Shown: positions 10,921 to 23,630, numbered from the stretch's first letter. The stretch: DNA of 64,000 nt from Vicugna vicugna (GCA_013265495.1 MU058718.1:1674001-1738000); one strand, 5' to 3'. Numbers and translations: made by a program. The notes: generated from the letters alone by a model not told the origin.

Positions 10921-13137
10921 AGCACCTACCACAGGCAACCTCTGTTACTTTCCTATATGCAAACCCTTTCCCTCGTATTCTGAGGTAAGCCTTCTAACCA
11001 CAAGGCATATCTTGGTGACCACATGGTCTCCTATTTTCCAAAACAACCTGATTGCGGGTATCTCATGCAATTATCTTCAGTATGCTCATATTTGTCACAC
11101 TATGTGTTCTAATTTTTGGTTCAGAGTGTATGTTTCCCAAAATAAATAACCCATGATTTATTCTGGGACATTATTATACTTCTCTTGGTATAAGAGCCAC
11201 CCAGAAATATCACAAATATGCCCTTGAGAAGAGTCCAGTGCTTTCCACATTACGACTACCTGTTCTATGTCACAAAGACATTTATCACCTCCAAGGAGAG
11301 CCTGCCTCCCCCAACTCCATCCAGCTAAAGTTGTTAAAGATTTCATCTACACATTGAGCCCCAGCTAGACCCTGAGCCAGTTCTAACACCCAGCATGGTG
11401 GTCTACCAGCAGCCCCACTCCCACCAGTGTGTAGGGTTTAGGATTAGATACGCTGTTGCCAGCATGATACCCTGTGTCCCCAGAGGGAGCCACGAGTCTG
11501 CTGACTGCAGTCTCCTTACCAGGTGCTGCTAAAACTCTGCCCAATCTATGTGACTTTGCTTTCTTCCCCAGTTCCCAGTTTGCATTCTAGCTCTTTATGC
11601 TTGAACCACATCTTGATTGGGTGCCTACAGCTGACCTAGCCTGCACCAGGCACCTCTCCCCAGGGGCCTGCACCCTGTCACTTTCCTCCAGGCCTCCAGA
11701 CAGGCCCTCCTGCATAAGGGCACTGGCTTCTGAGTATGCTGCTTCTCGGGGATCTCTGCCATTGACCGTAACTTACCAAATTAGAGCCCACCCAGTGTTT
11801 CTGAAGACCCCCTTAGATATAATGATTTGGGCAGCCTAGGGCCACTCTGTGGTGACTAATGATAACAGACCATATGACACTGACCTTCCAAGAGCCCCAA
11901 GGCCTGGATGACTGCCAGGGACTCACTTTCCCTGGCATCCCCTGGCCATGGGTCCACTGCTCCTCTGGGGCTCCCTCTGTGTGGGGTTGAGAAGGGCCTC
12001 ACTAGTGCTACTCCTGGCTGCCATATGCTCTTCCCATGGGCTCCATGAGTTTGGGCCTCAGCCATCACTAACTTCCCTTCCCCTGGTCCTAGCCTAACTA
12101 TCATCTCATGAGGAATGAGACCCACCCCCAGTCACAGAAGATGAGCTCTCCTTGAGAGCATCCTCCTGCCAGACTCATTCTCTTGTCAAAGTGATATAGG
12201 TTTCCCCACAACTGTACTTGCCTCCCAACTAATTTCAGAATAATTAGAAGGATTAGGCTTACCAAGGGGAAAATCTTGGTCCCAGCTTCTTTGGGGGCTG
12301 CAAAGCCTGAGAATTCTTGCTCTGAAACTTCCACACATCCTCTAGGTACCACATATTGATTTCCCACCAATGACTATCAAAAAGCCCCATTGCTTAGAGT
12401 TAGGCCAGATGCCTGAATAATTGTAGGGAAGATGGCTTTGGCCTTCAGTTCAGAATTCTTATACTTTATACACCAGATTTGTATGATTTTCAGATTCCCC
12501 CAAAGACAATTTCCACAGCTTCTCAAAATAATGGAACTCCTAATGCAAGTTTAGCTCACATCGAAAACAGAGACAGGCTCACCCTATAATCACCAGGAGT
12601 GACAGTCAAATTCAACACCTGGCTGCCATTCATTAATTTGACTGGTTGCCAACACCCTTAAAAGAGTAAAGCTTCAGGACCATGTCACTGTATTATTATG
12701 TCATTGTTCTTCTATCTAACAAATCTTCTTCTGCACTGCTGCTAATAAAAATAAGCCATCTGCTGACCCAACACTGCTGAGAGGAAAGTTCTAGGTAGAG
12801 AACACTAGTTATCAACCTCCTCATCCTTCTCCTTATATTTCTGACCTGCTATTGTCCAGCTACTCTACGATCTGATTCACCTTAACTAGGCAAACACTGA
12901 TTTGAGGGCTGTTGCATTACAGAGGCTGCTTCAGATGCTGCAGTAACTAATAGTAGTAAAGGATTTGAGAATCTACAGAGCACTTTTTCATGTAATTATA
13001 TGCACCTAATTACCATATAGGTCAGATCTGTAAAAAGCTAGAAGTCTTGCTTCTCACCTCCTGCCACCCAGCAAGCTATTCTAGTTCACTCTCAAATCAG
13101 CTCTCTACCAAAAAATGAAAATAAGAAAACTCAGTGG

Positions 13138-13306
13138 GGAGAGTGGGTATAGGTCAGTGGTAGAGTGTGTGCTTAGCATGCGCAAGGTCCTGGGTTCAAT
13201 CCCCAGTACCTCCATTAAGAAATATACAAATAAATAAATGAATAAATAAACAAACCTAATTATCCCCCCCCAAAGAAACTAAGAAATTAACTTTAAAAAA
13301 AAAAAC
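13138..13306 (+). mobile_element. Camelid tRNA-derived SINE (Vic-1-like), long-tail form
   Basis: Pol III A box (TAGGTCAGTGG) and B box (GGTTCAATCCC), then A-rich linker, AAACCTAATTATCCCCCCC, poly-A; perfect 12-bp TSD AAAACTCAGTGG at 13126-13137 and 13307-13318. Confidence 0.9.
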
Positions 13307-14639
13307 AAAACTCAGTGGCCCAGGGAGTTCTGACAATCGGTTTATATAACCAATTTATCTCGCTGCTCCTTTGGTCCCAGTACAGGTCACCAAGACCTCT
13401 ACTTCTATCCCCCCAACCTCTGAAAATACAAATTAATTGATTAAAATTTCCCTCAAGTGAAAGTGCCTCAAATCACGACTTTCACTGAATTTGGGGACTA
13501 GTTTTAACATTGGCATCAAGCTAAGTAAACATGTTTCTATACTCTCAGGATCTGGACTATTAGTCACCAGCAACCCATACAAACAATATGAAACAACTTC
13601 AAGTTGACCTTTCCTACTCCTGTCACTTCCATGTAAGTCATCCGTAACTTCCAGTCACCCTCCATACTTTGTACTGACAAACATTTCATTTGCAAATGGA
13701 GATGGGATGACTTGGGTAATTTTTCATTTAAGTAGTAATATTTAAGTAGTAATATTTTTGCAAAGTACTGTCTGTCTAAGTTAGCAACCAAAGTTAAATC
13801 CACAGGGTATAGAAAGAGTTTTGTTTACAGAAAAAAGAAAGAAAAATTCTTGTCTACATCATTCTTCTACAATGCATCTGAATAATAGCTGGGCTATAAA
13901 TAGAAGATGCAAGAATGACTAATTCTGTTTTGATTCCATCTCTTCAACGACAAAGGAAATCCCTCTGTACAAACATTAAGCTAAATCAGAACAGCCGGAC
14001 TTGCGGAATTTTATCTCGAACATCTACATCAAACAAAGAAGAGTGCCAGCCTTGAAGATGGACAAACTATTCCCAGAGGGACCCCGTTTTCTAACTGTCC
14101 ACTCGGGGGACTTGTGATTTAAAAGGACGTAACTACAGCCTTGCTTTAAGAGAATACTCACTTAAAATTGTCGCTGCTAATAAAATGTAAGAGAAATTTA
14201 CCCCCAAGTACTTTATCCTGGCAAAATCTGTCCTTTGTGACCAAGAAGAGCACTTGCTTCATCTATAGTTAGAATCTTCCTTTTAGAAGCTTAGTTACAT
14301 CTTCAGAAATTTGTCAGCTAAAACCAGCCCCGAGCTGTGTAGGGAGAAGCCTCCTGGCACCGCAATGGGAAGGGAATGAATGAAAGACTGGATTGAATTT
14401 TCCATGGAAGCCGACAATTAAAATTGTTTTCTTTGGTATATCCCTTTCTGTCAGTTGTTTTTCAGCTCTCCCAGAGAAGAAAAAAGTTAAGAAGCCTGAT
14501 TCAGTCATTTCCAAATCTCACTTCCAGTTTCCATCTTATTAAAGACATGACTTAACTTTAATGTGTGTAACATAAACAGAATCATAAAAGGGAAAGAATT
14601 AGAACAGTCTGGAAGAGTCGGTGTCCGAGGCAGGGAAAC

Positions 14640-14990
14640 ACCACAGCTGATCTGCCCCTTTCATTGTTGTTGTCCTTTTGTCTTGTTTACCGCAAGGAGG
14701 AATTCTCCGCTCCTCTGCTGCCGACTCCTCACCCTCCATTACAATTGCGGGGAATTCCAATTTCACAAAGTTATTACAACACAGCCACAAATAATCCATC
14801 TTGTCAAGTCCATCTTCGGGACTGAAGATAAAGTTGGAGCTGAGTTGCTACACACATCTGGAGAAGGTTCGTTACTTGTAATCGTGAGCCGCTCTGTTAA
14901 TGCACCCATGAGAAAGGGGCTGACAGGCTGCATATTTCTGCAAACTGTTCCCAGAAAGAACTAATTTCCTGACTTCCATGTGGTGTCAAT
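14640..14990. promoter_or_regulatory. Candidate enhancer (SOX/FOX/E-box/NF-kB motif cluster in non-repeat DNA)
   Basis: CAGCTG 14644-14649, CATTGTT 14662-14668, TGTTTAC 14684-14690, GGGGAATTCC 14749-14758; several CpGs retained. Confidence 0.35.
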
Positions 14991-16669
14991 AATGGAGGCA
15001 TGAGATGGAGCAGTGCTTATGAAATATTGAATCTGCTTACAGGACCAGCTAGAAGCAAATTCAGACCACCTGGGAGAGGCAGCCTGCATGGGTACCCCTT
15101 CTCTGGCACACACGTGGCACACGTGAATGATATGCTCTAATCTATGTATTTGGGCTTATTTGACACAAGACTTCCTGACAGTAGGACCAGAGACAGAGAG
15201 GGAGAAAGAGATTGAGAGAGAGAGAGGCAATAAAACACATTTCTGCACATTTAGAATTGCAACAGTTCAAATCACTGACATTATTAAATTTACTATCATA
15301 AGCAGCCAAAGTTCATCTTGTTCATCAGGAAAAAAGTGACTGATGTTTCATGGCATTAGTATTAGGTCATGTTGGTTCTTGCCAATAAAAACAAAGCATT
15401 AGTGTTTCAATGTTTTAATATCATGATTTAATTCTCTCAATGATATTAGGACCAAGAAGCTCAACCAACGTGAAGACCCCATCAAAATTCTTGAGTCAAA
15501 ACTATGGCTCTAAAATGAGTTCACCATCCTGACCTCCCATTTCACAGCATATATTTTATGCTTGTGACTCTCCAAATATGGATTCCTAACATTGCAAACG
15601 TAAAGTTTTATATCACTAACTTGTGTTTCAAGGGTTTGCCTAAGTAAATAGAAAAACATCTGGGCTCTCTTTACTGGCAAAAGCAAGAGATATTTGACCT
15701 AAGATCGAATTTGGAGACTTGAACATTAACTTGGTCTTTCCACAGAACGTCTCTAATTTTCCACAACTCTCTGCTGAGAGGGTCCAGCCCAGTACTTTTA
15801 GGGGAGAGAGTGGGACTAAGCTCGCGTCCCAGTAAGACATATGTTCCAGTTGGCTTCCCTTACTCCCAAACTTTACCCACAGGTCTAACCCGTTCTTGTG
15901 TAAACAAAGGGATTCCAAGGCAAGAAGGAACCTTCCAGGTCTTATGCAGCCTGAGGGATCTACTCACGACCCCCACACACAAGAGGAGGTGCAGGGTCTG
16001 CTTCAGCTGTGAGTCTGTCAGAGCTTTCAGTCTGTCCCATCAGCAATTCCAGGGCACCATCTGCGATTCTGGTCTGCGATTTCCCCGGCTTCGAATAAAC
16101 CCCCTGCCTAGGACTCCCTAGAGTCTGGAGCTACGAGGGTCTGCAGAGCGGCATCTGGGCCTCAGCTCCACTTCTGACTTGACAGTGCCCTCCACAAATA
16201 GAACGTCCCTGCACACAGGGGCAGAGTGGAGACTACCCAGACACAAGAGAACTAGCAGACGGCCACCTGTTCCAGTACAGCTCTGGGCAGCACCATTCTC
16301 ATTGTTTCCGAGGTGAATGGCATACCTAGACCCACAACACCAAAGAAAAAATGCCCCCTGCAGTTGTGCAGCGTGGCAGCCCTTAGATTCTAGTCTAATT
16401 CTTCTTGAAATTTTAATGGAAATTCAAGAATAACAAACCTAATCCCTGATCAGCTTTGGACTAAACATTTTATTAAAATTAAACTTTTTCTTTTATCCTT
16501 TTTACTTGAAAGGCTAAACTTTTATGTTGGCTAGAAATAACTGTGCTTCCTAAAAATATCCTGGCAAAACTAGTATTGCCCAGTATAAGAACCAAGGTCT
16601 CTTTCAACAGTCAACCTCCTCACAAGTTCAACGCCTCTTAGAATTTTAGACTTGTAGACCTGGAAGATT

Positions 16670-17130
16670 ATATATTAATGTGTCCACACAAAGGCTTATA
16701 CATGAATGTTTGTAGCTGCATTATTCACAATAGCCAAAAACGTGGAAACGATCCAAAGGTCCACAGACTGGTGAGTAGATAGATTTTAAAAGTGCAGTGT
16801 GCCCATACAGTGGACTACCACTCAACAACAAAAGAAAGTAATGACTCATTCAACAACACAGATGAACCTCAAGGACATACTCAATGAAGAAATCCAGACC
16901 CAAAAGGCTGCACACTGTATGACTCTTTTTATATAGAGTTCATAAAAGACAAATTTATAGGAACAGAAAGTAGATTAATGGTTGCCTGGCGTTGAGTGGG
17001 AACAAGGTCTGACTATAAATGGGCACATCTTTTTGAGGTGATGAAAATGTTCTGAATTTGGATTGTGGTGATACTTGCCCAACTCTGTAAATTTATTTTA
17101 AAAAGCACTGAATGGTACTCTTTAAAGAAA
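16670..17130 (+). mobile_element. Old L1M 3' end (ORF2 C-terminus plus 3'UTR)
   Basis: GTCCACACAAAGGCTTATACATGAATGTTTGTAGCTGCATTATTCACAATAGCCAAAA...GGTGATGAAAATGTTCTG...GATTGTGGTGAT. Confidence 0.85.
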
Positions 17131-17147
17131 AAGATTATATAAAAACA

Positions 17148-17480
17148 GTAATGGCTAACATGTATTGAGCACTTTCTCTGTATTCAAGAGCTCTAATAAA
17201 GGACCTACATACATTCTCATATTTAATCTTCACAACAACCATGTTGAATAGGTACTATTATTATTCCCATTCTGCAGATGAGAACACTGAGGTTTATTTC
17301 TTCTTTTTTTTTTAACATTTTTTATTGATTTATAATCATTTTACAATGTTGTGTCAAATTCCAGTGGAGAACACTGAGGTTTAGAATCATCAAATCGTCC
17401 TCTCAGAGTCACACAACTGTAAATGGTGGAATGAGAACCCCAGTCCAGACCACCTGACTGGAGAGTTGAACCCCTATGCC
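17148..17480 (-). mobile_element. MIR, interrupted by a short L1 tail
   Basis: GCTAACATGTATTGAGCAC...TTTAATCTTCACAACAACC...CCCATTCTGCAGATGAGAACACTGAGG, resuming after 17383. Confidence 0.85.
17297..17366 (-). mobile_element. 70-bp young L1 extreme 3' tail
   Basis: Poly-T plus AACATTTTTTATTGATTTATAATCATTTTACAATGTTGTGTCAAATTCCAGTG; perfect 17-bp TSD GAGAACACTGAGGTTTA at 17280-17296 and 17367-17383. Confidence 0.9.
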
Positions 17481-18658
17481 AGAGCATCCCCAAAGTTGTT
17501 CTTCAGTGTACAGGCATGCCCTGAATTTGTCAGAGATGTGGCAAAATAGGAAAATGGGAATTCTCCTCACTCTTTGGTATAATCAGGCAGGCCCTAGAGC
17601 AGGCAGAACCCCGAGCCAGTCTCCAGGATGGGAATAGCCTCAGCAGTTTACCTTGCGCCATGTAAATGGTTTATTTTGTACATGTGCCATAACTCAAAGC
17701 CCCACGATAGTATATGATCACATTCTTTTATAGTGCACACTCCCTGCAAGGAGATAAAGTGATTGGTTAGGATCACACCTGGGGGTTGTGACAGACCTGT
17801 GCCTGACCTCCAGGTAAGTGCCCTTTCCCCGGACCATGGTGCCTTCTTTGTCATGATAGAGTGTTTGACTAGGTGACGTTCTCAAGCTTAATACATCACA
17901 CCTACAATCCGTTCATGAGCTTTTGTCCTACAACAGCCCTTTGTGGAGAAAACAATGGTGTGGATACAAAACATCTAGACAGCTTGTCTGCCAAGCTAGT
18001 ACACTAAGAGAACATACTGCCCCAGAAGCTCAGACTGCTTGGTAGGATGAGTGACAATACCTGCAATTTTTAATCAGCATACAATTAACTTGACTCGTTT
18101 GATATCTTAGCATCTATTCTGTTCACTGAAAACTAGCAAAATGCAAAAATTGATTCACCCTAAATACAGCTCTTAAATAAAGTATTTATGCATGAATGGG
18201 TAAGGACTGGCAGAGGTAATGGGAAAATGAACACAGCTGCTTTGCCAGGGTAATAGGATCATCAACTCTTTTTCTATTCTTTTGTTAGTTTACCTTTATT
18301 GTTATACTATTGTTTGTGCTAATGAATGTATGTATTTAACATTAATCAGTCAATGTTTATGTACCAACTTAAACACTGGATCTGATGACAAATCAATAAA
18401 CATAATGAATTGAGCCAGTAGCTCTGATTTCCAATAATAGAGCTCCCATGGGACCCATGATGTAAATTATCTGAGAACTTGCAAGATTCATAATAATATA
18501 GCCGAAGTGCACTGACCACTTAGTATGTCCAGGCCCCTTATCATATTATTATATTCTTTATCTTATTATCTTATTTAAGCTTTATCCTATTGACTTAATT
18601 TTACAAACAAGACTCAGTTTAAAGAGATTAAATAATTTGCTTGTAAGTTAAAAGCTAG

Positions 18659-19144
18659 AGTGGTTGTTGATTTATGTGTCAATTTGGCTAGACCATAGTG
18701 ACCAGCTGTTTGGTCAAACACTAGTCTAGATGTTGCTTTAAGGTATTTTAAAAATATGATTAACATTCATAATCAGTTGACTCTAAGTAAAGCAGATTAC
18801 CCCTCCATAATATGGGTAGCGTCATCCAATCAGTTGAAGGCCTTAAGAGCAAAGACTGAGGTTTACTGAAGAAAAAAGAATTCTTCCTCTAGACTAAAAC
18901 AAAATTCTGCCTGTGGTTCCAGCCTTCTGACTCAAGACTGCAACAACAACTCTTACCTGAATCTCCAGCCTGCCCTACAGATTCCAAGTTTGCCAGTTCC
19001 CCCCAATTACATGAATCCATTCCTTAAATAAAACTTTTGATCAATAGCTAGGTATAGATATAGATACAGAGACTGGTATTCTGATTGGGCTTAGAGACTT
19101 ACAGGTATCCTACTGGTTCTATTTCTCTGGAAAACCCTAATACA
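18659..19144 (+). mobile_element. MLT2 (MLT2D-like) ERVL solo LTR inserted in a MIR
   Basis: TTTATGTGTCAATTTGGCTAG...CATCCAATCAGTTGAAGGCCTTAAGAGCAAAGACTGAGG...CTCTGGAAAACCCTAATACA; 5-bp TSD GCTAG (18654-18658, 19145-19149). Confidence 0.9.
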
Positions 19145-19799
19145 GCTAGTAATTATGTTACCAGGATTTGAATCCTGTAAAGCCACTGCTCACAACCATT
19201 ACACAAATTAGACAAATTACCAAGTGGTATCTAAGCTCGTCTACAGAGTGGCCATCTGGCAGAAGAAGGACAGGCCAGCTGGGCTAGGGGCATTATTGAA
19301 CAGCAGAAAGCTCGGATGGCCTTCCCTTGGTTGCCATCCCCACAACGGTGCTTCCTTGTGGTTTTACCCTGGATCCCTAATCCGCTTCCAGTACCCCCCT
19401 TTACAACGGCTACAGACTGCAGTGGAACGCTGCGTGTCATCGCGCAGAGACCTGTCATCCACGTTTTCTTTCTCTTGTCCTCTTCGTTAACTCTCTTATT
19501 CAAAAGCCCTAGGTCCTAATCACAGCAGTGAGACAGAAACACGACCTGTGGCTCTCAAAATACATGTGCCCTTGAGGAAAAAAAGGGGGGGAGAAAGAAT
19601 TAAATTACGGCAGGAAAGATTTAGATTCCTCTCATAAAAAAAGAATTTTGAGAAGAAAAAGTATTGCTGAGTAAAATCATGAATGTTCCTACCCTGGAAA
19701 AAAAAAAAAACTGAAGAACAGGGCTGTTTTTTTAATGGCTTTCTGGGACATTTTAGGTGTGGCTCATCATAACAGCCCAAAGATGTGGTTGTCTTTGCA

Positions 19800-20200
19800 A
19801 GGTTCCTTTAGGCCCTCCAGCCCTGCTGGTGGAGCAGGCGCCGCGGTCGCCCGGGAGCATGCGCAGACCGCCCAGCCCCGCTGTGCGCGGGCGCGGGCGG
19901 GCTGAGAGCACCGCGTCCCGGGACTTCTGAGCTGCGCTCCCAGTTTGAGAGTCCTGGCGCTTAGCAAGCTTCCTGCTGAGCTGTAAAGTCATTCCAGACA
20001 AATCCCTGTGTTTACAGAGATTCCAGAGCAGCAGGGAACATCTCAGAATACCAGTCTGGACGTAGAAATTCGCGGATCTGCGCTAAGCTGCTCTCCACAC
20101 CTGCCCTCGCCCTCAGCGCCCCCTTCCTTCCACACCCCCACCTCCGCTTCCTTCTCTGCATCTGCTGCGGTTTCCTTCGCACTGAGTCATTCTGGGATGT
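19800..20200. promoter_or_regulatory. Small CpG island, candidate promoter or enhancer
   Basis: About 18 CpG by hand count in 19838-19960; NRF1-like AGCATGCGCA 19856-19865, GC box GGGCGG 19895-19900, TEAD CATTCCA 19990-19996, FOX TGTTTAC 20009-20015, AP-1 TGAGTCA 20183-20189. Confidence 0.65.
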
Positions 20201-20499
20201 TAATAGTAAAGTCCTTTTAAGATCAAGTGAAGCCGGAGGGATTGAAGTGGAAAGAAAGCGATTATTTGAGGAATAAATAAAAAAGAGAAGAAAGAAGAGA
20301 AAGAGCAAGTGGGGAAAAGAAACAAATTTTAGGTAGGAGGCCTGGTCGAGATCCTTTTCTCAGTGTCTTACGAAGACGGGGTCAGAAATGACCCATTACA
20401 ATAAACTGGTGTTTACGTAGACCGTTCAGGCAGCTCAGGCGCGTTACCTGACCTTGATCCACCTGTACCCTTAACTTAAACTCAAAACATTTTCTTAAC

Positions 20500-20690
20500 C
20501 AGACATAGAGGACTGAATTTAGAGTCAAGAGACAGGTATGAGACCTGGCTTCTACTTTCTAGTCATTTAACTTCTCTGGGCTCCAGTCTTCCAAATCCTC
20601 AAAATGGGAGAAATAACACCTGTTCTATATAAATCTAGGGCTGATATAACGGCAAAATGAGATGATGTAGGTGAAGACCCCTTTAAGCTT
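20500..20690 (+). mobile_element. MIR
   Basis: AGTCATTTAACTTCTCTGGGCTCCAGTCTTCCAAATCCTCAAAATGGGAGAAATAAC core. Confidence 0.7.
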
Positions 20691-22316
20691 ATCCAAATAA
20701 GCTGTTTTTACTAAATTCAATACACAATAAGTGTTTCTTATTCGTTGTTCTTTCTGCTTTCCAACTCTTAGAAAATCTTTCGCAGAAAAATTGCCTTCCA
20801 GCCAGCATAACTGGGATATTTTTAAAGCACATACAAGAGTTTGAAAATGAAAAAAGCTAAAAATTGTCATTTGGTAGGGTTTCCAAGGCAGCGTGCAGCA
20901 ATCCAAAGTCATTCTAGAAGCTCTGTTCAGATATATCAACAATAGCCAAGCTCTTTAGAGTCAGGGTATATGTAATTTAAAAGTGGCAAGTAGTCTTTCT
21001 AATACTTTTGATTTAGACAGATCAAGAGAAAATTTCACCACACTTACTATTATCCATATCTCAGCCAGCTCTCCTTAATCACAACTTTTCCTCCTTAGAT
21101 CCTTATGCAAGTGTATAAACTGTTCTCAGGGAGCTTTAAGCAACATGTCAAGTGAATTTTTATATAGCCAGGTAACCCAGGATGAGACTAGACTCCTAAG
21201 TTTCAGAATCTTGATGAAAAGAAACTGAAAAAGATATCCCACATGTGGTGTTATTTAAGACCAAATAACCCGGACTTTGGAGAATGTGCTCATGTCAAAC
21301 TATTCTATGTCAGACCACACCCCTGTGGGTGGAGGTGGGGCTTCCCCTGAAGGGAATGGATGTTCCCACTGTCAGTCATCCTGGAGAAGGGTCAACACTG
21401 GGTCAGGAAATGAGGGCTTTGACAAGCAGTCCTAAGAATGAAGTCAGGGGAAAACTTTCTTCTCTCTCTGCTTCCAGGAGTTGGTTTGATCGGCACTCTG
21501 GGGCAAGGAACTTCCTGGAGCTGATCCAGTGATAGGCACTGAGCCGTACCAGGCCACGGTGGAAGGAGACCGAGATGGGTGGTAAGGGTCTATGACGTTC
21601 TAACCTCCCCAGATCAACAGTTAGGTTTTGCTGAAGGTTACCATTTGGACTCTACTGGGTTGCTCTTCAGTCATGAAATGACTTGGGTTACAGAAGGATG
21701 TGGCCCTGTCCTAGACTCTCATCTGGCTAGTGATGCAGCATTTACCATCAGGAGTCTGCCCTGCTGCCTGGGGCAGAGATCTCTAGAGGATCCTCAGAGG
21801 TGATAGTGGCAACAACAACCAGATGGAAACACCTTCCAGATCAACCGGCATCCAGACCCAAGGGGACATAAAGTCACCTAGGTACTTACTAAATAATAGC
21901 GGCAAGCATCCAAGAGTCTCCCGTGGTGCTAATGCTGCTAGTCCTCACACCACACCTGTAAGTAACAAAGGTCTAGCCTCTGCACCTTGAAGTGTGAGCC
22001 TGAGAACCTGCTCCATCAGCAAGCAGAGAGGACAACCAGGACTGAAGGTAAGACCCCATTCTGCAGGCCCAAGGCTGTCGTTCACATCCAGGGAGAGGGG
22101 CCCCAGGGGAAGGCTAGCTAGGGTCCTTGTTGACTAGGGAAGTACTAACTCTAACGCCCTGTACCTTGGAGAAGAAACGTAAGGGTGAAGTGTTTGCATC
22201 TGTGAGTTGGTTGCACAATGGGCATAACTACACTTAACAAATATCTAATGATCTCAAAAGCAGAGTGTGAAAATGATCATCTTTTAATGCTTACTCACTA
22301 GACTGTGCTAAGGTTT

Positions 22317-22480
22317 GTCTAGGGAAAACTCACTGTGTTTTCGTTCACCCTCACACTACTGCCACACTCACAACACTTCTCACAACAGCTACGTGGGTTC
22401 TCCAGCCCAAGTAATTCTGATACTAACTACCTGGAGTTAGCGCAGACCCTGTAGGTTACGGGATCAGTCCCACAAGAATG
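22317..22480. mobile_element. MER21-like LTR fragment
   Basis: AATTCTGATACTAACTACCTGGAGTTAGCGCAGACCCTGTAGGTTACGGGATCAGTCCCACAAGA is characteristic of MER21. Confidence 0.7.
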
Positions 22481-22649
22481 AACCTTTCAAGGCAAAGGAT
22501 ACAGCAAGTTAAAAAGTCCTGTGGAAGGGAAGGCTCTGATGTGTTTGGGAAAAAGAGGCAAGTGTGGTTGGAAAAAAAGAAGCCAGAGCATTCATGGCCT
22601 GGAATCTTTGGAGTTGTCTGTGCGTGGAAGAGATGATCATTGGTTAGAC

Positions 22650-23630
22650 CAGGGATTACACTTTTTCTGTAAAGGACCAAGAAGCAAAATCAAGGATATG
22701 ATGTAGGTGTTTCTGTAACAAGAGAGGGAAGAGTTCCACAAATTTTGTATTGATGAAATTCAAAATATAATCATTGAGAATAATTTTGTAGTACAGGCCT
22801 AATGAGAAGAATAGAATTATTTGGGGGAGGGTAACATTTTGCTTAAAATAGAGGTTCAAAATGTGTGTTTCTTATCAAAATCAGTTGACTTGTTCATGTT
22901 AGTGCTGATCTGTAGTGAGATTTTACATATTTTATCTTTGAAGATCCTTTCACAAGGATAGATACTGGCAAATACTAATTTCAATCTACAAGCATGTGAT
23001 TTTCATTGAGCATGTTCCTCATGCGTGAGGCATTTATGGAATTCAACCAGATTCTTCTCTTGATGCTTTGACATGACGTTGCATTGTAAATTAATCACTC
23101 CCAATTGAAGGGTAAGTGGAGGCTCTTCAATTGCACCGTTAATTGGGTCTTAGAATATGGAAATCTCCACCCTTCACGGAGGTCTGATAAATGCTGCTGC
23201 AACTGCAGTCTAAGTGAAGAAAATACACCTGCTGCAAATTTGTGTGAGAATGGAAATCTTATTTTAGCTTTTGATAGCATGGAAAGCGTATTTGAGTTTG
23301 ACATTACTTGTGATCCAGATGATGTTAGTTGTCGCCACAATGATTTTTCCGTGTAGAAGTTGCACATGTAAGCACTGTTTTATGTTGTAACTTTAGTTTG
23401 AATTAAACTCTGCTGTGTCTGCCACAAAATTTCTAAAGCCACTCAGTGTTTGATAATAGGGGTTGAAAATGGTTCTTCTTGTTCAGAAAAATTTCGATTG
23501 TGGTTTGAAAAATTACAATAAAATGGTGCCACTGCTAAGCCATTGAACCACTGTGTGATAAAGCAAGTTAAGATATTCAGCTTCTGTTTCGAACAAAAAT
23601 TCAGAGAACCAACATCCAGGGTGGTACCTC
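22650..23630 (-). mobile_element. Cheshire/MER58-family hAT-Charlie transposon with decayed transposase C-terminus
   Basis: MER58-type end CAGGGATTACACTTTTTCTGTAAAGG; minus strand translates to ...VINLQCNVMSKHQEKNLVEFHKCL..*..LVFASIYPCERIF / KYVKSHYRSALT (hAT dimerisation region); ORF 23095-23367 is part of it. Confidence 0.8.

Noticed and set aside
13138..13215. tRNA gene (also 48578-48660)
   Set aside because: Poly-A tails, TSDs and degenerate stems identify these as tRNA-derived SINE copies.
14599..14799. Minus-strand ORF (...MEGEESAAEERRIPPC...) as a first coding exon
   Set aside because: I do not recognise the peptide, donors are weak, and the region is better explained as a motif cluster; a BLAST search would settle it.
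17811..17819. Strong donor CAG|GTAAGT
   Set aside because: Lies in a MIR-like remnant with no matching acceptor or reading frame.
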